A stretch of DNA of 64,000 bases from a candidate division LCP-89 bacterium B3_LCP (GTDB lineage Bacteria > Electryoneota > B3-LCP), in NCBI GenBank assembly GCA_005223185.1, contig NJBN01000007.1:1-64000 (forward strand). Reading direction: 5' to 3'. Both the position numbers and the translations under genes were made by a program. Below the pieces are notes generated by a model that was not told the origin of the DNA, made no database searches, and worked only from the letters and a program-made list of their open reading frames with translations. Of this stretch, positions 1 through 9,700 are shown in pieces. Positions within the stretch are counted from its first letter, which is position 1, and every line of letters starts with the position of its first letter.

Positions 1-174
1 ACATAGGGATACCTGATTAAAATTGGCTTGTTTATTATACGATTGAATTTGCCGAAGGCTCCCTATTGTTTTCAAAGAACTTACAAAATATCTATTGTTT
101 TTAATAGAATTATTCTCGGACAGACTCCTTGACCCGGAATCCAGTTGCTTATTGATTTGTCAGAGATTTCGAAA

Positions 175-939
175 ATGTACATAGACACCCACGCTCACCT
201 CGATTTCCCCGAGTTGAAACCGCACTTAGGTTCAGTCTTATCGAACGCCCAGAAAGCGGACGTGCAGAAAATTATCACTATCGGTATCGATGCACCTACC
301 AACCAAAATGCGCTTGCCATTGCCGTTCAAAATGAGGGTATTTACGCCTCAGCCGGCTGGCATCCTCATGAAGCACAGCGCGCTGATGATTCTTTGGAGA
401 GCCACATATCGCTCTTGGCACAATCACCGCAGGTGGTTGCCATCGGTGAAATCGGTTTGGACTTTTATCGCAACCGTTCACCTCACGACGTGCAGCAGCA
501 GGTCTTCAGGCGTATGATAAGAATCGCTGCAGATTTAGACCTTCCGGTTATCGTCCATTGCCGAGATGCTTTCGAAGACACAATCTCCATCCTGAAAACA
601 GAAATATCCGATAATACCAGGGGAGTTTTCCATTGCTTTGCAGGCGATGTGAACGAATTACAACAGGTCCTGGATTTGGGTTTCCACATCTCCTATACTG
701 GCAATATCACCTACAAAAACACCAGCCTCCTCCCCACCGTTATAGCAACTCCCTTGGATCGAGTCATGTTGGAAACGGATTGCCCCTTTCTGACGCCTCA
801 TCCTCACCGGGGTAAACGCAACGAACCTGCCTTCATCCCCTTAATCGCGGAAAGAATAGCTGAAATCAAGAAAATCAGCAAGTCGGAAGTAGCTGAAATA
901 ACGACCGCTACCGCCTGCGAGTTTTTCGGTATTAAATAA
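175..939 (+). CDS. tatD: TatD family metal-dependent hydrolase/DNase
   Basis: N-terminus MYIDTHAHLDF with His-rich TatD motifs; start moved to the Met of MYIDTHAHL inside track ORF 145..939. Confidence 0.85.
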   Translation: MYIDTHAHLDFPELKPHLGSVLSNAQKADVQKIITIGIDAPTNQNALAIAVQNEGIYASAGWHPHEAQRADDSLESHISLLAQSPQVVAIGEIGLDFYRNRSPHDVQQQVFRRMIRIAADLDLPVIVHCRDAFEDTISILKTEISDNTRGVFHCFAGDVNELQQVLDLGFHISYTGNITYKNTSLLPTVIATPLDRVMLETDCPFLTPHPHRGKRNEPAFIPLIAERIAEIKKISKSEVAEITTATACEFFGIK

Positions 940-950
940 CATGTATCTAT

Positions 951-1065
951 AGGGGGGGACAGACATTCTTACCTGTCGGCTTTAACTGCTTATTCTACAG
1001 TCAGGCAGGAATGCCTAACCTCCCCAGTAGCAATGCGGGGAGGACGGACATTCTTGTCTGTCAAC
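951..1065. repeat. G-family tandem palindromic repeat, about 1.3 units of roughly 75 nt (ggaCRgacattcttRYctgtc ... cagtcaggcaggaatgcctaacctcccc ... ggggagg)
   Basis: Direct internal repetition of ggacagacattcttacctgtc and ggacggacattcttgtctgtc; a near-identical permuted copy lies at 41561..41656. Confidence 0.6.
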
Positions 1066-1093
1066 TCTAACATAAAGACATTCAGTTAATATC

Positions 1094-1131
1094 CCCAAAA
1101 AAAGACGCTGATCTTTCGACCAGCGTCTTTT
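1094..1131 (-). terminator. Rho-independent terminator downstream of flagellin
   Basis: Hairpin aagacgctg-atctttcgacc-agcgtctt followed by a T-run on the minus strand. Confidence 0.7.
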
Positions 1132-1173
1132 GCAGGGTTTGCGTGAGTACACGCATCTTTGTGGTATGTGTGC

Positions 1174-2007
1174 TTATCCGACTAAACCCGCAATCATCTG
1201 CGGAATCATATTCGCCTGTGCTAACATTGCAACGCCTGACTGCATTAGTATCTGTGAACGGACAAATTCGGACATTTCTTGAGCAAAGTCAGCATCACGG
1301 ATCTGAGATTCAGAGGCGACAGCTCTCTCTCGTGCCGTCAATAACTGGCTGATGGTCCCTTGCAGCCGATTGACGTAGGATCCAAGGCGGGTGCGTTCGT
1401 TGTCCTTTCTATCTATGGCGATATCTATTGATCCTATGGCGTTCTGTGCACTGGTGGTAGTAGTCAAACCTGTGCCGGTCAGTCCCAGTGATGATATAGT
1501 CATGGAATTGAAATTAACGTAGTAGTAATCCTCGCTCTGGGCGTTGTAGGTTCCTATGTGGAACTTGATACCAGTAGCAGAGAAACTGCCATCAAGCAGG
1601 TACAGACCGTTATAGTTGGTCACCTGTGATATCCTGTTGACCTCTGATAGCAGCTGTTGATATTCAACATCCAGCGCCTGTCGGTCTGAATCGGTTAAAG
1701 ATCCATTCGATGATTCAATCGCCAATGCTCTCATGCGGGTCAAGGTCTCATCAAGGACGGATAAGGCTCCTTCTGCCGTCTGCATGAGGTTGATATTATT
1801 GTTAGCATTACGCTCGGCTTCTTCCATGGAAGCAATCTGCGCACGGAACCGTTCGGAAATAGCTAAACCGGCAGGATCATCCCAGGCGTTGTTAATGCGC
1901 AGTCCGGATGACAGGCGTTGAACCGCTCTATCCAGAACTAACTGTGTTGACCATAAATTCCTCTGAGCAGTCATCGACAGTATGTTATGGTTGATCCGTG
2001 TGCTCAT
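1174..2007 (-). CDS. fliC: Flagellin
   Basis: Conserved flagellin N-terminus (MSTRINHNILSMTAQRNL) and C-terminus (QSGVAMLAQANMIPQ); short central variable domain; 277 aa. Confidence 0.9.
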   Translation of the reverse strand: MSTRINHNILSMTAQRNLWSTQLVLDRAVQRLSSGLRINNAWDDPAGLAISERFRAQIASMEEAERNANNNINLMQTAEGALSVLDETLTRMRALAIESSNGSLTDSDRQALDVEYQQLLSEVNRISQVTNYNGLYLLDGSFSATGIKFHIGTYNAQSEDYYYVNFNSMTISSLGLTGTGLTTTTSAQNAIGSIDIAIDRKDNERTRLGSYVNRLQGTISQLLTARERAVASESQIRDADFAQEMSEFVRSQILMQSGVAMLAQANMIPQMIAGLVG

Positions 2008-2048
2008 TTAAAACCTCTCTTAATGATTCCATTTTGCCTTCAGCTATT

Positions 2049-2078
2049 CTATCGGCTTCTTTATAAAAGAACTTTAAC
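2049..2078 (-). promoter_or_regulatory. sigma-28 (FliA) type promoter for flagellin
   Basis: Minus strand reads TAAAGTT-N16-GCCGATAG about 45 nt upstream of the flagellin start, matching TAAA-N15-GCCGATAA. Confidence 0.55.
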
Positions 2079-2220
2079 CTTTTTTACAAATATTTTCAAA
2101 TAACACGACTATAGTGTTGTTATTGCAACAGTTAAAAACTTATGAATACTTAAAGTATCACCTGAAATAAACTACAACTGCACGTTTAAGTAAAAAATAT
2201 ATCCGCCGTTGGGCGGATTT

Positions 2221-2409
2221 GTTGTCCTGGTTTTTTCCTGACAGCGTCAGGTCACATCCGTCGGCTGACGGACAGGACCTGACGCAACGGGAACTTTTTG
2301 AGCGTCCCACTTGAGTGGGACAGCATAAATTAGCCCGGAAATTTATTTCCGGGCGTTGTGAGGCTGTTTAGACAAATGATTCTCATTCTATCCGAAGGAG
2401 TCCTATGAA
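2221..2409. repeat. Mosaic palindromic repeat, copy 1 (modules A, B, C, D)
   Basis: Hairpins tccgtcggctgacgga (A), gcgtcccacttgagtgggacagc (B) and cccggaaatttatttccggg (C), then motif ccgaaggagtcctatg (D); the same modules recur at 14166, 19590, 34075 and 55240. Confidence 0.7.
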
Positions 2410-2427
2410 CAGAGTGACATTAACAAA

Positions 2428-3132
2428 TCACCCCCCCACGAGAATACTGAACTGGAAGAAGGGCTGTGTCAAATCAAGTGAAGGAGCGTCATAGATATTA
2501 TCGCCGTTTATTGACCAACCAGATGAACTCAGATTTAATATGGGAACGTCAATTGATCCTCCCACTGCCAGCCAATCGAGCAGGTAATATTTCACCCCAA
2601 CCCGAGGCTGGATCATGAAGAAGGAATGGCTCAATTCTGATGAGATGCTATCCCCAGAACCGGTTTGTGAAGTGTAATTATTCCATATTTCACCCCAACT
2701 GACCGGGCTGTCGGTTTTTCTTAAACTTACGGACACGCTGCCCCAGCCCAGTGTGCCACCGGTGAAAAGCTCGAAATTCGACACTTCCAGCATCAGGTAT
2801 TCTATCAATATACCTCCCCAACCCATGCTGAATATGGCTTCGCGGGCGTAGCCGTTCTCGATGTCATTGACGCTCACAGAGCCGCCAAATCCCATACCGC
2901 CAATACGCAGACTGTTGGATACGTAACCGAATCCCTGACCACCATAGAGGAACATGTAGCCATCAAATTGAGGCATCCCCAACGCTTTCAATTCGGTATT
3001 AAGAGGTCCTAAATCAGGTTTAACGATATAGAAGCTGAAACCTCCCGCTCCCCCCTGAAATGAATTCCAGGCTGCTCCGACAGGCGAGCTAATTACTATG
3101 ATTGTCAGAGTAATAATCAGAATCGTTTTCAT
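2428..3132 (-). CDS. Secreted beta-rich protein, possible outer-membrane beta-barrel, unknown function
   Basis: Signal peptide MKTILIITLTIIVISSPVGAA, Gly/aromatic-rich alternating pattern, strong RBS ggagaggagag before this ATG; start moved to the internal Met of track ORF 2428..3171. Confidence 0.5.
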   Translation of the reverse strand: MKTILIITLTIIVISSPVGAAWNSFQGGAGGFSFYIVKPDLGPLNTELKALGMPQFDGYMFLYGGQGFGYVSNSLRIGGMGFGGSVSVNDIENGYAREAIFSMGWGGILIEYLMLEVSNFELFTGGTLGWGSVSVSLRKTDSPVSWGEIWNNYTSQTGSGDSISSELSHSFFMIQPRVGVKYYLLDWLAVGGSIDVPILNLSSSGWSINGDNIYDAPSLDLTQPFFQFSILVGG

Positions 3133-3216
3133 CTCTCCTCTCCCTTTTATAGAAGTCCTATATTGATACACATTTTGTTTAATTGACTCTGCTTTATGTG
3201 GGAAAGTTACAGAATA

Positions 3217-3957
3217 TCAGGAAAGTTCTTCTTTTAAAGCCTTCAATTCATCATCGGTGAGGTCCCTCCATTCACCCGCCTTCAGGTTTTTCAGTATTAA
3301 CCCGGACACGCTTACTCGGTGCAGTTTAGATACGTTAAGGTTTATCGTTTGCAGAGTCCTGCGTATCTGCCGCTTTTTTCCTTCAGTTAATATTACCTTT
3401 ATCTCATTGCTTCCCCGCAGTTCGATTTCCTTGAATTTGCTGGTCCCGTCATCAAGCTGAACTCCACTGCGAAGTTTTACCAGATGTGCCTCTTCGATTG
3501 CTTCATCTGTCTCTACCAGATACTCTTTTTCTTTCTGATAGGATGGGTGAGTCAATTTCTGGGCAAATTCACCATCATTGGTCAATAAAAGCAGCCCGGA
3601 AGTGTCCTTATCAAGTCTGCCAACTGGGAAGACTCTTTCAGGGACTTTCACCAGGTCCAGGATGATTTCCCCCTTTTCTCTGCCCGGGTTACAGGTGCAA
3701 AGCACGCCGGCAGGTTTGTTGAAGATTATGTAGCGTAAAATCTTCGGCGGGGAAACAAATTTCCCGCGTACTTTGACGCGGGAAATCTGTGAATCAATCC
3801 GTGTTTGGGGAGTCAGAACGATCTCCGAGTCAACTGTCACCCATCCGGCTTTGACATACTCCTCGCATTTCCTCCGGGAGGCAACACCGCAACGAGCCAG
3901 GTATTTGGCAATTTTCTCACCATCAGGCTGTTCGCTACGGTCGTCGGATCTTACCAA
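3217..3957 (-). CDS. rluB: Pseudouridine synthase, RsuA/RluB family, with S4 domain
   Basis: S4 motif KYLARCGVASRRKCEEYVKAG and catalytic motif GRLDKDTSGLLLLTNDG. Confidence 0.85.
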   Translation of the reverse strand: MVRSDDRSEQPDGEKIAKYLARCGVASRRKCEEYVKAGWVTVDSEIVLTPQTRIDSQISRVKVRGKFVSPPKILRYIIFNKPAGVLCTCNPGREKGEIILDLVKVPERVFPVGRLDKDTSGLLLLTNDGEFAQKLTHPSYQKEKEYLVETDEAIEEAHLVKLRSGVQLDDGTSKFKEIELRGSNEIKVILTEGKKRQIRRTLQTINLNVSKLHRVSVSGLILKNLKAGEWRDLTDDELKALKEELS

Positions 3958-4707
3958 CTACTTACCTTCCTGGTTCTTCATAAAAACCTGAAAGAGGTCT
4001 ATGGGAACCGGGAATACCACGGTGGAATTATTCTCTGACGCCACTTCTGACAGAGTCTGCAGGAACCTCAGTTGTAAAGCCATGGGGTGATCGCCTATTA
4101 TCGAAGCTGCTTCAGCCAACTTTGTGGAAGCCTGGAACTCACCCTCAGCGTGGATAACTTTGGCACGTCTCTCACGTTCCGCCTCGGCTTGTTTCGCCAT
4201 GGCGCGCTGCATTTCAGCAGGGAGATCCACATGTTTCACTTCCACTAAAGTCACCTTGATTCCCCAGGGGTCAGTATGAGCGTCCACTATTTCCTGCAAC
4301 GTCTTGTTGATCTTCTCCCTTGCAGATAGCAGATCATCGAGTTCGAATTGTCCCAGAACACTTCGCAGAGTCGTTTGTGCTAATTGACCTGTGGCGTACA
4401 GGTAATTTTCAACTTCCACGACAGCTTTGTTCGGTTCCATCACCCTGAAGTTGATAACTGCATTTACTTTGACTGAAACGTTGTCCTTGGTGATGATGTC
4501 CTGCGGGGGTACGTCCGTCACGATGGTTCTCAAGGAAATCTTACGCACACGATCGATGATGGGAATGATGATAATTAAGCCGGGACCTCTTGATCCTATC
4601 AACCTTCCCAATCGAAATATTACCGCACGTTCATATTCATTCAGCACCTTAATCGCTGAAATGAGCAGCAGCACTACCAAACCTATGAGTATAGCGAAAC
4701 CAGGCAT
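3958..4707 (-). CDS. SPFH/band-7 (stomatin-like) membrane protein
   Basis: N-terminal TM helix followed by an SPFH domain (VIFRLGRL ... coiled-coil [11 protein letters not shown]). Confidence 0.85.
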   Translation of the reverse strand: MPGFAILIGLVVLLLISAIKVLNEYERAVIFRLGRLIGSRGPGLIIIIPIIDRVRKISLRTIVTDVPPQDIITKDNVSVKVNAVINFRVMEPNKAVVEVENYLYATGQLAQTTLRSVLGQFELDDLLSAREKINKTLQEIVDAHTDPWGIKVTLVEVKHVDLPAEMQRAMAKQAEAERERRAKVIHAEGEFQASTKLAEAASIIGDHPMALQLRFLQTLSEVASENNSTVVFPVPIDLFQVFMKNQEGK

Positions 4708-4746
4708 ATCTCCTCCATCTGTTTTTGTTTTTATTGCAGATTTATA

Positions 4747-5043
4747 TTAAATGCGTTTATCGATAATCAACCATGCTCCCAGGACTATAAGCGCCGCTGG
4801 CAGAAATGGTACGTTTAGATTGAACCAATCGAAATATTCACCCAATAGTACAAAACCAGCTATGACCAACACTATTCCCCAGAAAGGGGTATCATGCTTC
4901 TTAGTCACTTTAGCTGTAAATTTAGGTCCACTGGAATTCAATGAGGATAACTTTCCTTCAATTTTATCAGACAGCTCCTTGAACCGCTCTTCAACTTTAC
5001 TGCTCAGCTCTTCCAGCTTTTTTTCTAGATCACCCATTGTCAC
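4747..5043 (-). CDS. Small membrane protein with N-terminal coiled-coil, unknown function
   Basis: 98 aa; charged helical N-terminus then two TM helices; sits between the NfeD and stomatin genes. Confidence 0.45.
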   Translation of the reverse strand: MTMGDLEKKLEELSSKVEERFKELSDKIEGKLSSLNSSGPKFTAKVTKKHDTPFWGIVLVIAGFVLLGEYFDWFNLNVPFLPAALIVLGAWLIIDKRI

Positions 5044-5098
5044 GATTATTCTCCACTTAATACAATGACAGAAAGCACTTCATCACTATGAGGCTGTA

Positions 5099-5416
5099 TC
5101 AGGATTTCTTCGCAGCCCGAGCGGCTTTGGCTTTAGCTACACGCCGTTTTCTGTACCATTCACGCTGATATTTCAGGCGAGCTTCCCTGTGAGTCTGGTA
5201 GTAGTTCTTTAGATAGGGACGCCTCTTCTTGTATTGTCGCCGCTGTTTCTTCAGCAACTCTTCACGGTTATCCCAATAGTAGTCCCTGGTGACGGCACGA
5301 TAGCATTCCTTACATCTGGAACGATAAACCATCGATCCAGTTGCGGTTTTCTGAGTGTAGAAATTTCGAACTGGCAGCGTCCTGCCACAGAGATTACAAA
5401 CTTTTTCCTTTTTCAT
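5099..5416 (-). CDS. Highly basic zinc-ribbon protein, putative nucleic-acid binding
   Basis: CNLC-x24-CKEC zinc ribbon followed by a Lys/Arg/Tyr-rich tail (RRQYKKRRPYLKNYY ... KRRVAKAKAARAAKKS). Confidence 0.5.
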   Translation of the reverse strand: MKKEKVCNLCGRTLPVRNFYTQKTATGSMVYRSRCKECYRAVTRDYYWDNREELLKKQRRQYKKRRPYLKNYYQTHREARLKYQREWYRKRRVAKAKAARAAKKS

Positions 5417-5469
5417 GATCGGTACCTTATGCGTTTATTTATATTGATGATCTTCGTTATACGCTTTTC

Positions 5470-6786
5470 TTATTCCTTGAATTCTTCGACAATTAATAAG
5501 TTTCTCTCAGCCTTCTGGACTCTAATCTGAGATCCTTTTGGCAATTTCCCGACAGTTGATTTTGCATTCCATATTTCCCCCCTGACTTTTACTTTCCCCA
5601 CAGGATCAAGTTTCTCGATCACCTCGCCGGTTTCTTCAATCATGCCCTCTAAACCTGTGGTGGGACGCCGCTTCTGTGCTTTTATCGAAAGGGAGATCGC
5701 CACGAGGAAGAAGAGGACTGTGCCGATAACCCCTGGCAGGATGACTCCCCAGGATATCTCCACACCCGGAATTGGTGATTCAATAAGCATAACTGATCCT
5801 AAGATGAGTGATATGGTTCCCCCGATGGCGAGAACTCCGTAACTGACCACTTTTATCTCCAGAAGAAAGAGAATGATTGCCAAAACTATAAGCAATAAGC
5901 CCGCGACATTTATAGGCAGAGTCTGAAAAGCGAAGAAGGCTAAAATTAAGCATATACCACCTATAACGCCCGGCACTACAGTTCCCGGGTTGTACAGTTC
6001 GAAGAATAACCCGTACATGCCCAGCATCATCAGCACGTAAGCGATGTTGGGATCGCTGATTACTTCCAAAAACTGATCGCGCCATGTCCGGGAAATTTCC
6101 TCTAAGACGACGCCTGTTAATTCCAGTTTGCGATTTCCCAGCGGGAGCGCCACTTCACGTCCGTCCAGCATCACCAATAAACTGTCAACTGATGGCGCTA
6201 TCACGTCAATTACGCCTAATTCCAACGCTTCCGTTTCCGTGATGGACGCCGATTCACGCACTGCGCTTTCCGCCCAGTCAGCATTTCTGCCCTGCTTTTC
6301 GGCAATGGAGCGAATAAAAGCCACAGCATCATTGAGGACCTTCTCTTCCATCACTCCAGTTGTGTCATCTTCCTGCCCCATCCCCAGTGATACAGGGTGA
6401 GCAGCACCGATGTTAGTTCCCGGTGCCATAGCCGCAACATGAGCAGAAAGCGTAATAAAAACTCCCGCTGAACCCGCACGGGATCCGGAAGGAGACACAT
6501 AGACGATAACAGGAACGTCACTTGCTAAGATTGATTTGATGATGTCCCGCATCGATTCCATCAAACCTCCGGGTGTATCCAGTTGAATCAGAAGCGCTTC
6601 AGCTTCGCTATCGTTCGCTTCATCGATAGCTCTCTGGATGAACCGGGAACTGGCAGGATGGATAACGCCGTCTATTTCGATGTATTTCACCTGCTTGGCG
6701 CTGACGTCCTGCATAAAGATAATAATGGCAGCGAATAACGCAAGTGAAGATAGTAACTTCCTGCTGATGTTGATCACCATCATCAA
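5470..6786 (-). CDS. NfeD-like membrane-bound ClpP-class serine protease, long form
   Basis: Signal peptide, ClpP-like domain (YIEIDGVIHP ... GSRAGSAGVFI), multi-TM region and a C-terminal OB-fold; classic partner of stomatin. Confidence 0.8.
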   Translation of the reverse strand: MMMVINISRKLLSSLALFAAIIIFMQDVSAKQVKYIEIDGVIHPASSRFIQRAIDEANDSEAEALLIQLDTPGGLMESMRDIIKSILASDVPVIVYVSPSGSRAGSAGVFITLSAHVAAMAPGTNIGAAHPVSLGMGQEDDTTGVMEEKVLNDAVAFIRSIAEKQGRNADWAESAVRESASITETEALELGVIDVIAPSVDSLLVMLDGREVALPLGNRKLELTGVVLEEISRTWRDQFLEVISDPNIAYVLMMLGMYGLFFELYNPGTVVPGVIGGICLILAFFAFQTLPINVAGLLLIVLAIILFLLEIKVVSYGVLAIGGTISLILGSVMLIESPIPGVEISWGVILPGVIGTVLFFLVAISLSIKAQKRRPTTGLEGMIEETGEVIEKLDPVGKVKVRGEIWNAKSTVGKLPKGSQIRVQKAERNLLIVEEFKE

Positions 6787-6874
6787 TTTACTAATGATTA
6801 GCTACAGCGTTAAAATAAGCATAAATTACCTTCAGTTCAAGAATAAAATGAAGAAATTGTCAAGAATATCATCA

Positions 6875-8281
6875 TTAATAAATACGCAATATCTGGCTTA
6901 TTGTGTGAGCAGTTTCGGCAATGTCCTCATCCATAACAGCCTTTACATCCAGAAATAGGTAATCCCGACGCACGTACCCGATTATCGGTAATTCGGCTGT
7001 GCGCAACTCAGCAGCCAATTTTGAAACGGGGATTCCTCTGACCTTAATCTTTAGGGCAGCCGAAGGAAATTCATGCAGAGGTAACGCTCCTGATCCCAAT
7101 TGTCCGGTTGATTCGGTCAACAGAATCCGTACTTTTTCTGACAATTCAACCTGAGAAATTAAATCATATAACTGTTTTGCACGCCTCATCGCTTCACTCT
7201 GATCTTCAGATAACCTTTTCAACACCGGGTGTCTGCTGATAAACTTGTCTGGTTCAAGATAAATTCTCAGGGTTTCTTCCAGCAATGCCAGCGTAAACTT
7301 ATCTGGACGCAGAGCACGCATCATAGGATTCTTGCAGATTTTCCCAATCGTACCCGAATCTCCTACCAAAATACCGCATTGCGGACCACCCAGTACCTTA
7401 TCTCCGCTGAAAGTGGCAACGTGCACTCCACTTTTAACGCTTTCCTGCACAACCGGTTCATGAGGTAAACCTGACTTCTCCAAATCAATCAAGACACCAC
7501 CACCCAGATCGTGAATAACGAAAACACCCCGCTCTCTACACGCGGGTGCAATTTCCTCAATTTCCGCTTCGTGCACAAAACCTTTCACTCTGTAGTTACT
7601 GGAATGAGCTACTAGCACCGCTCTGGTTTTCGGCGTTATCGCTTCTGTATAATCTTCCAAATAGGTCCTGTTCGTTGTCCCCACCTCTACAAGTTTGGTG
7701 CCTGATTTTCGCATTATTTCCGGCAGGCGAAAGGAGCCGCCAATTTCAATCAATTGGCCTCGTGAAACGATGGTCTCCTTGCGGTACGCCAGCGTGTTAA
7801 GTGATAGCATCACCGCAGCGGCGTTATTGTTTACAACTGCAGCAGCATCAGCCCCGGTTAAGAAAGTGATCAGGTCTTCTAAAACGCACTGTCTATCGCC
7901 GCGCTTTCCAGTGAGCATATCAAGTTCGAGCGAACAGGCAGCTTTTACTCTGTCGAAGGCACGCTGATAAATATCTTCAACGAGTGGCGCTCGCCCCAAC
8001 CCTGTATGAAGAATTATACCTGTAGCGTTTATCACCCGCTTCAGGCGTGGTTTTAAGAAGACAGCTACCCGATCCTGCACAGATTGCACAAATTCATCCA
8101 GCGAAGGTGGATCTTCTCCCCTATCAAGAATCGCCTCCCGTGCTGCCTTGATGACGTCATTGCAGCACTTCTTCACTAAATCGTGCGAATACTCTATCGA
8201 GAGGTTCTGTAATGCCTGTGTCTCTAAGAGGCTGCCAACTTGCGGCAAGAATTTTAGTTTTTCATGTTGTTTCTTGTTCAT
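6875..8281 (-). CDS. selA: L-seryl-tRNA(Sec) selenium transferase (selenocysteine synthase)
   Basis: Full-length match to the SelA architecture including ILHTGLGRAPL and a PLP-fold core. Confidence 0.85.
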   Translation of the reverse strand: MNKKQHEKLKFLPQVGSLLETQALQNLSIEYSHDLVKKCCNDVIKAAREAILDRGEDPPSLDEFVQSVQDRVAVFLKPRLKRVINATGIILHTGLGRAPLVEDIYQRAFDRVKAACSLELDMLTGKRGDRQCVLEDLITFLTGADAAAVVNNNAAAVMLSLNTLAYRKETIVSRGQLIEIGGSFRLPEIMRKSGTKLVEVGTTNRTYLEDYTEAITPKTRAVLVAHSSNYRVKGFVHEAEIEEIAPACRERGVFVIHDLGGGVLIDLEKSGLPHEPVVQESVKSGVHVATFSGDKVLGGPQCGILVGDSGTIGKICKNPMMRALRPDKFTLALLEETLRIYLEPDKFISRHPVLKRLSEDQSEAMRRAKQLYDLISQVELSEKVRILLTESTGQLGSGALPLHEFPSAALKIKVRGIPVSKLAAELRTAELPIIGYVRRDYLFLDVKAVMDEDIAETAHTISQILRIY

Positions 8282-8483
8282 CCTGCCTTCAGGATCAAAC
8301 CGACAATTGTTCTAAGATGCATAGTGTAAAATACAACCATCATCAGTAAAAAGCAAGCAATTCAGGAGAGAAATGTTATTGATTGCGCGCATTCAGGCAA
8401 GTAGTACGGCTGTGGTCAAATAATGGAAATACCCGGAGACTATCCGGGCATTTGACTGTCTTGACACAAGTTGCTGCACTTCC

Positions 8484-9680
8484 TCATCTCTTCAGTTCTG
8501 CAATCTGTAAATCCAGGATTTCTATTATATCGGGTCGAAATCCAATATGTTTGTACTGTATGTTTCCGTGCGCATCGATCACATACAAGGTGGGAATCCC
8601 CGCCACACCATAATCCTTACCCGTGCCATTATTGAAAAGCACCGGAAAGGTGTATTCATTTTCAGTGATAAACGGCTCCACCTTATCTTTTTCTTTATCG
8701 GTGGATATTGCCAGAAATTCCACGTCTTCTGACCTCCAGTGTGAGTAAGCTTCCTGCAGATGCGGCAGTTCTTTTCTGCAGGGAGGACACCAGGTAGCCC
8801 AGAAATCCAGAATGACGATCTTTCCATCGTAATCTGAGAGGCTGATTTCACCCCCTGTAAGTGATTCCAATTCGAATATTGGCGCTGGTCTATTGATTTT
8901 TTCCTCTATCAGTTTCTCATATTCGACACTTTTAAGCTGAAGTAGCCTGCCTTCAACGTAATTATCGATATATTTATTACTTCCATGGACTCCTGTGTAG
9001 GACTGGTTGATCAGTTCCTGCAGTTCATCATTAGCTTCACCAGTGAGGTAACGAACTCTTATGGCGTTCTCCAGCGATTTCTCCGCATCGCCAGTTTGTA
9101 AATAGGCTTGGGCCAGGTGCAGGTTTATATCGGGATCTTCAGCTTTTTCACGCGCTTGCAGGAGTATCTCCAGAGCTTTTTCCGGCTCTCCCAACTTCAG
9201 GTGGACGAAGCCGTTGGTATCAAGGTAATATCCCATCAGCATCTGCTGGCGCTCTTTCCAGGCATCTTCGGATTTGTCTGCTGGCGGAGGCAGCATGGTA
9301 TTCTGGCGTTGAGCAGATACAGCCAACTGGCTGAAAAGCAGGGCTTTCTCTAACGATTTATCGTTCTTAGCCAAAGCCCAGGCCATAGTGTTCATGGGGC
9401 TGGCTGGAGGGGGTTTTAACTCCGAGAGATAATCACCTAAAGCCACCATGTCATCGAACCTGTCGTTTTTCGCTAAGAGACTGGCAAACCGTCCGGCAGC
9501 ATCGGGGAAATCCCTATCACTGCGCGCCTCTCTCACGTATTTCCAGTACAGTTCAACAGCTTTTTCCACGTTCTCCTCTGATGAAGCCTTTGTATAGAGA
9601 GGATGCGTATTTCCCCCTTTTTTCTGACAAGCAGAAAGCATCAAGGCGGCCATCACCGCGAAGACTATTATTCTCTTCAT
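8484..9680 (-). CDS. Lipoprotein with TPR repeats and a C-terminal TlpA-like thioredoxin domain
   Basis: Lipobox LSAC; TPR helices; WATWCPPCRKELPHL thiol-disulfide oxidoreductase motif. Confidence 0.75.
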   Translation of the reverse strand: MKRIIVFAVMAALMLSACQKKGGNTHPLYTKASSEENVEKAVELYWKYVREARSDRDFPDAAGRFASLLAKNDRFDDMVALGDYLSELKPPPASPMNTMAWALAKNDKSLEKALLFSQLAVSAQRQNTMLPPPADKSEDAWKERQQMLMGYYLDTNGFVHLKLGEPEKALEILLQAREKAEDPDINLHLAQAYLQTGDAEKSLENAIRVRYLTGEANDELQELINQSYTGVHGSNKYIDNYVEGRLLQLKSVEYEKLIEEKINRPAPIFELESLTGGEISLSDYDGKIVILDFWATWCPPCRKELPHLQEAYSHWRSEDVEFLAISTDKEKDKVEPFITENEYTFPVLFNNGTGKDYGVAGIPTLYVIDAHGNIQYKHIGFRPDIIEILDLQIAELKR

Positions 9681-9700
9681 TGTATTTCTCCAGCTTTATA

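Noticed and set aside
2221-2409. CRISPR array as an explanation for the recurring palindromic repeats.
   Set aside because: Copies are dispersed across the window as single or composite units without regular repeat-spacer periodicity, and there are no cas genes.
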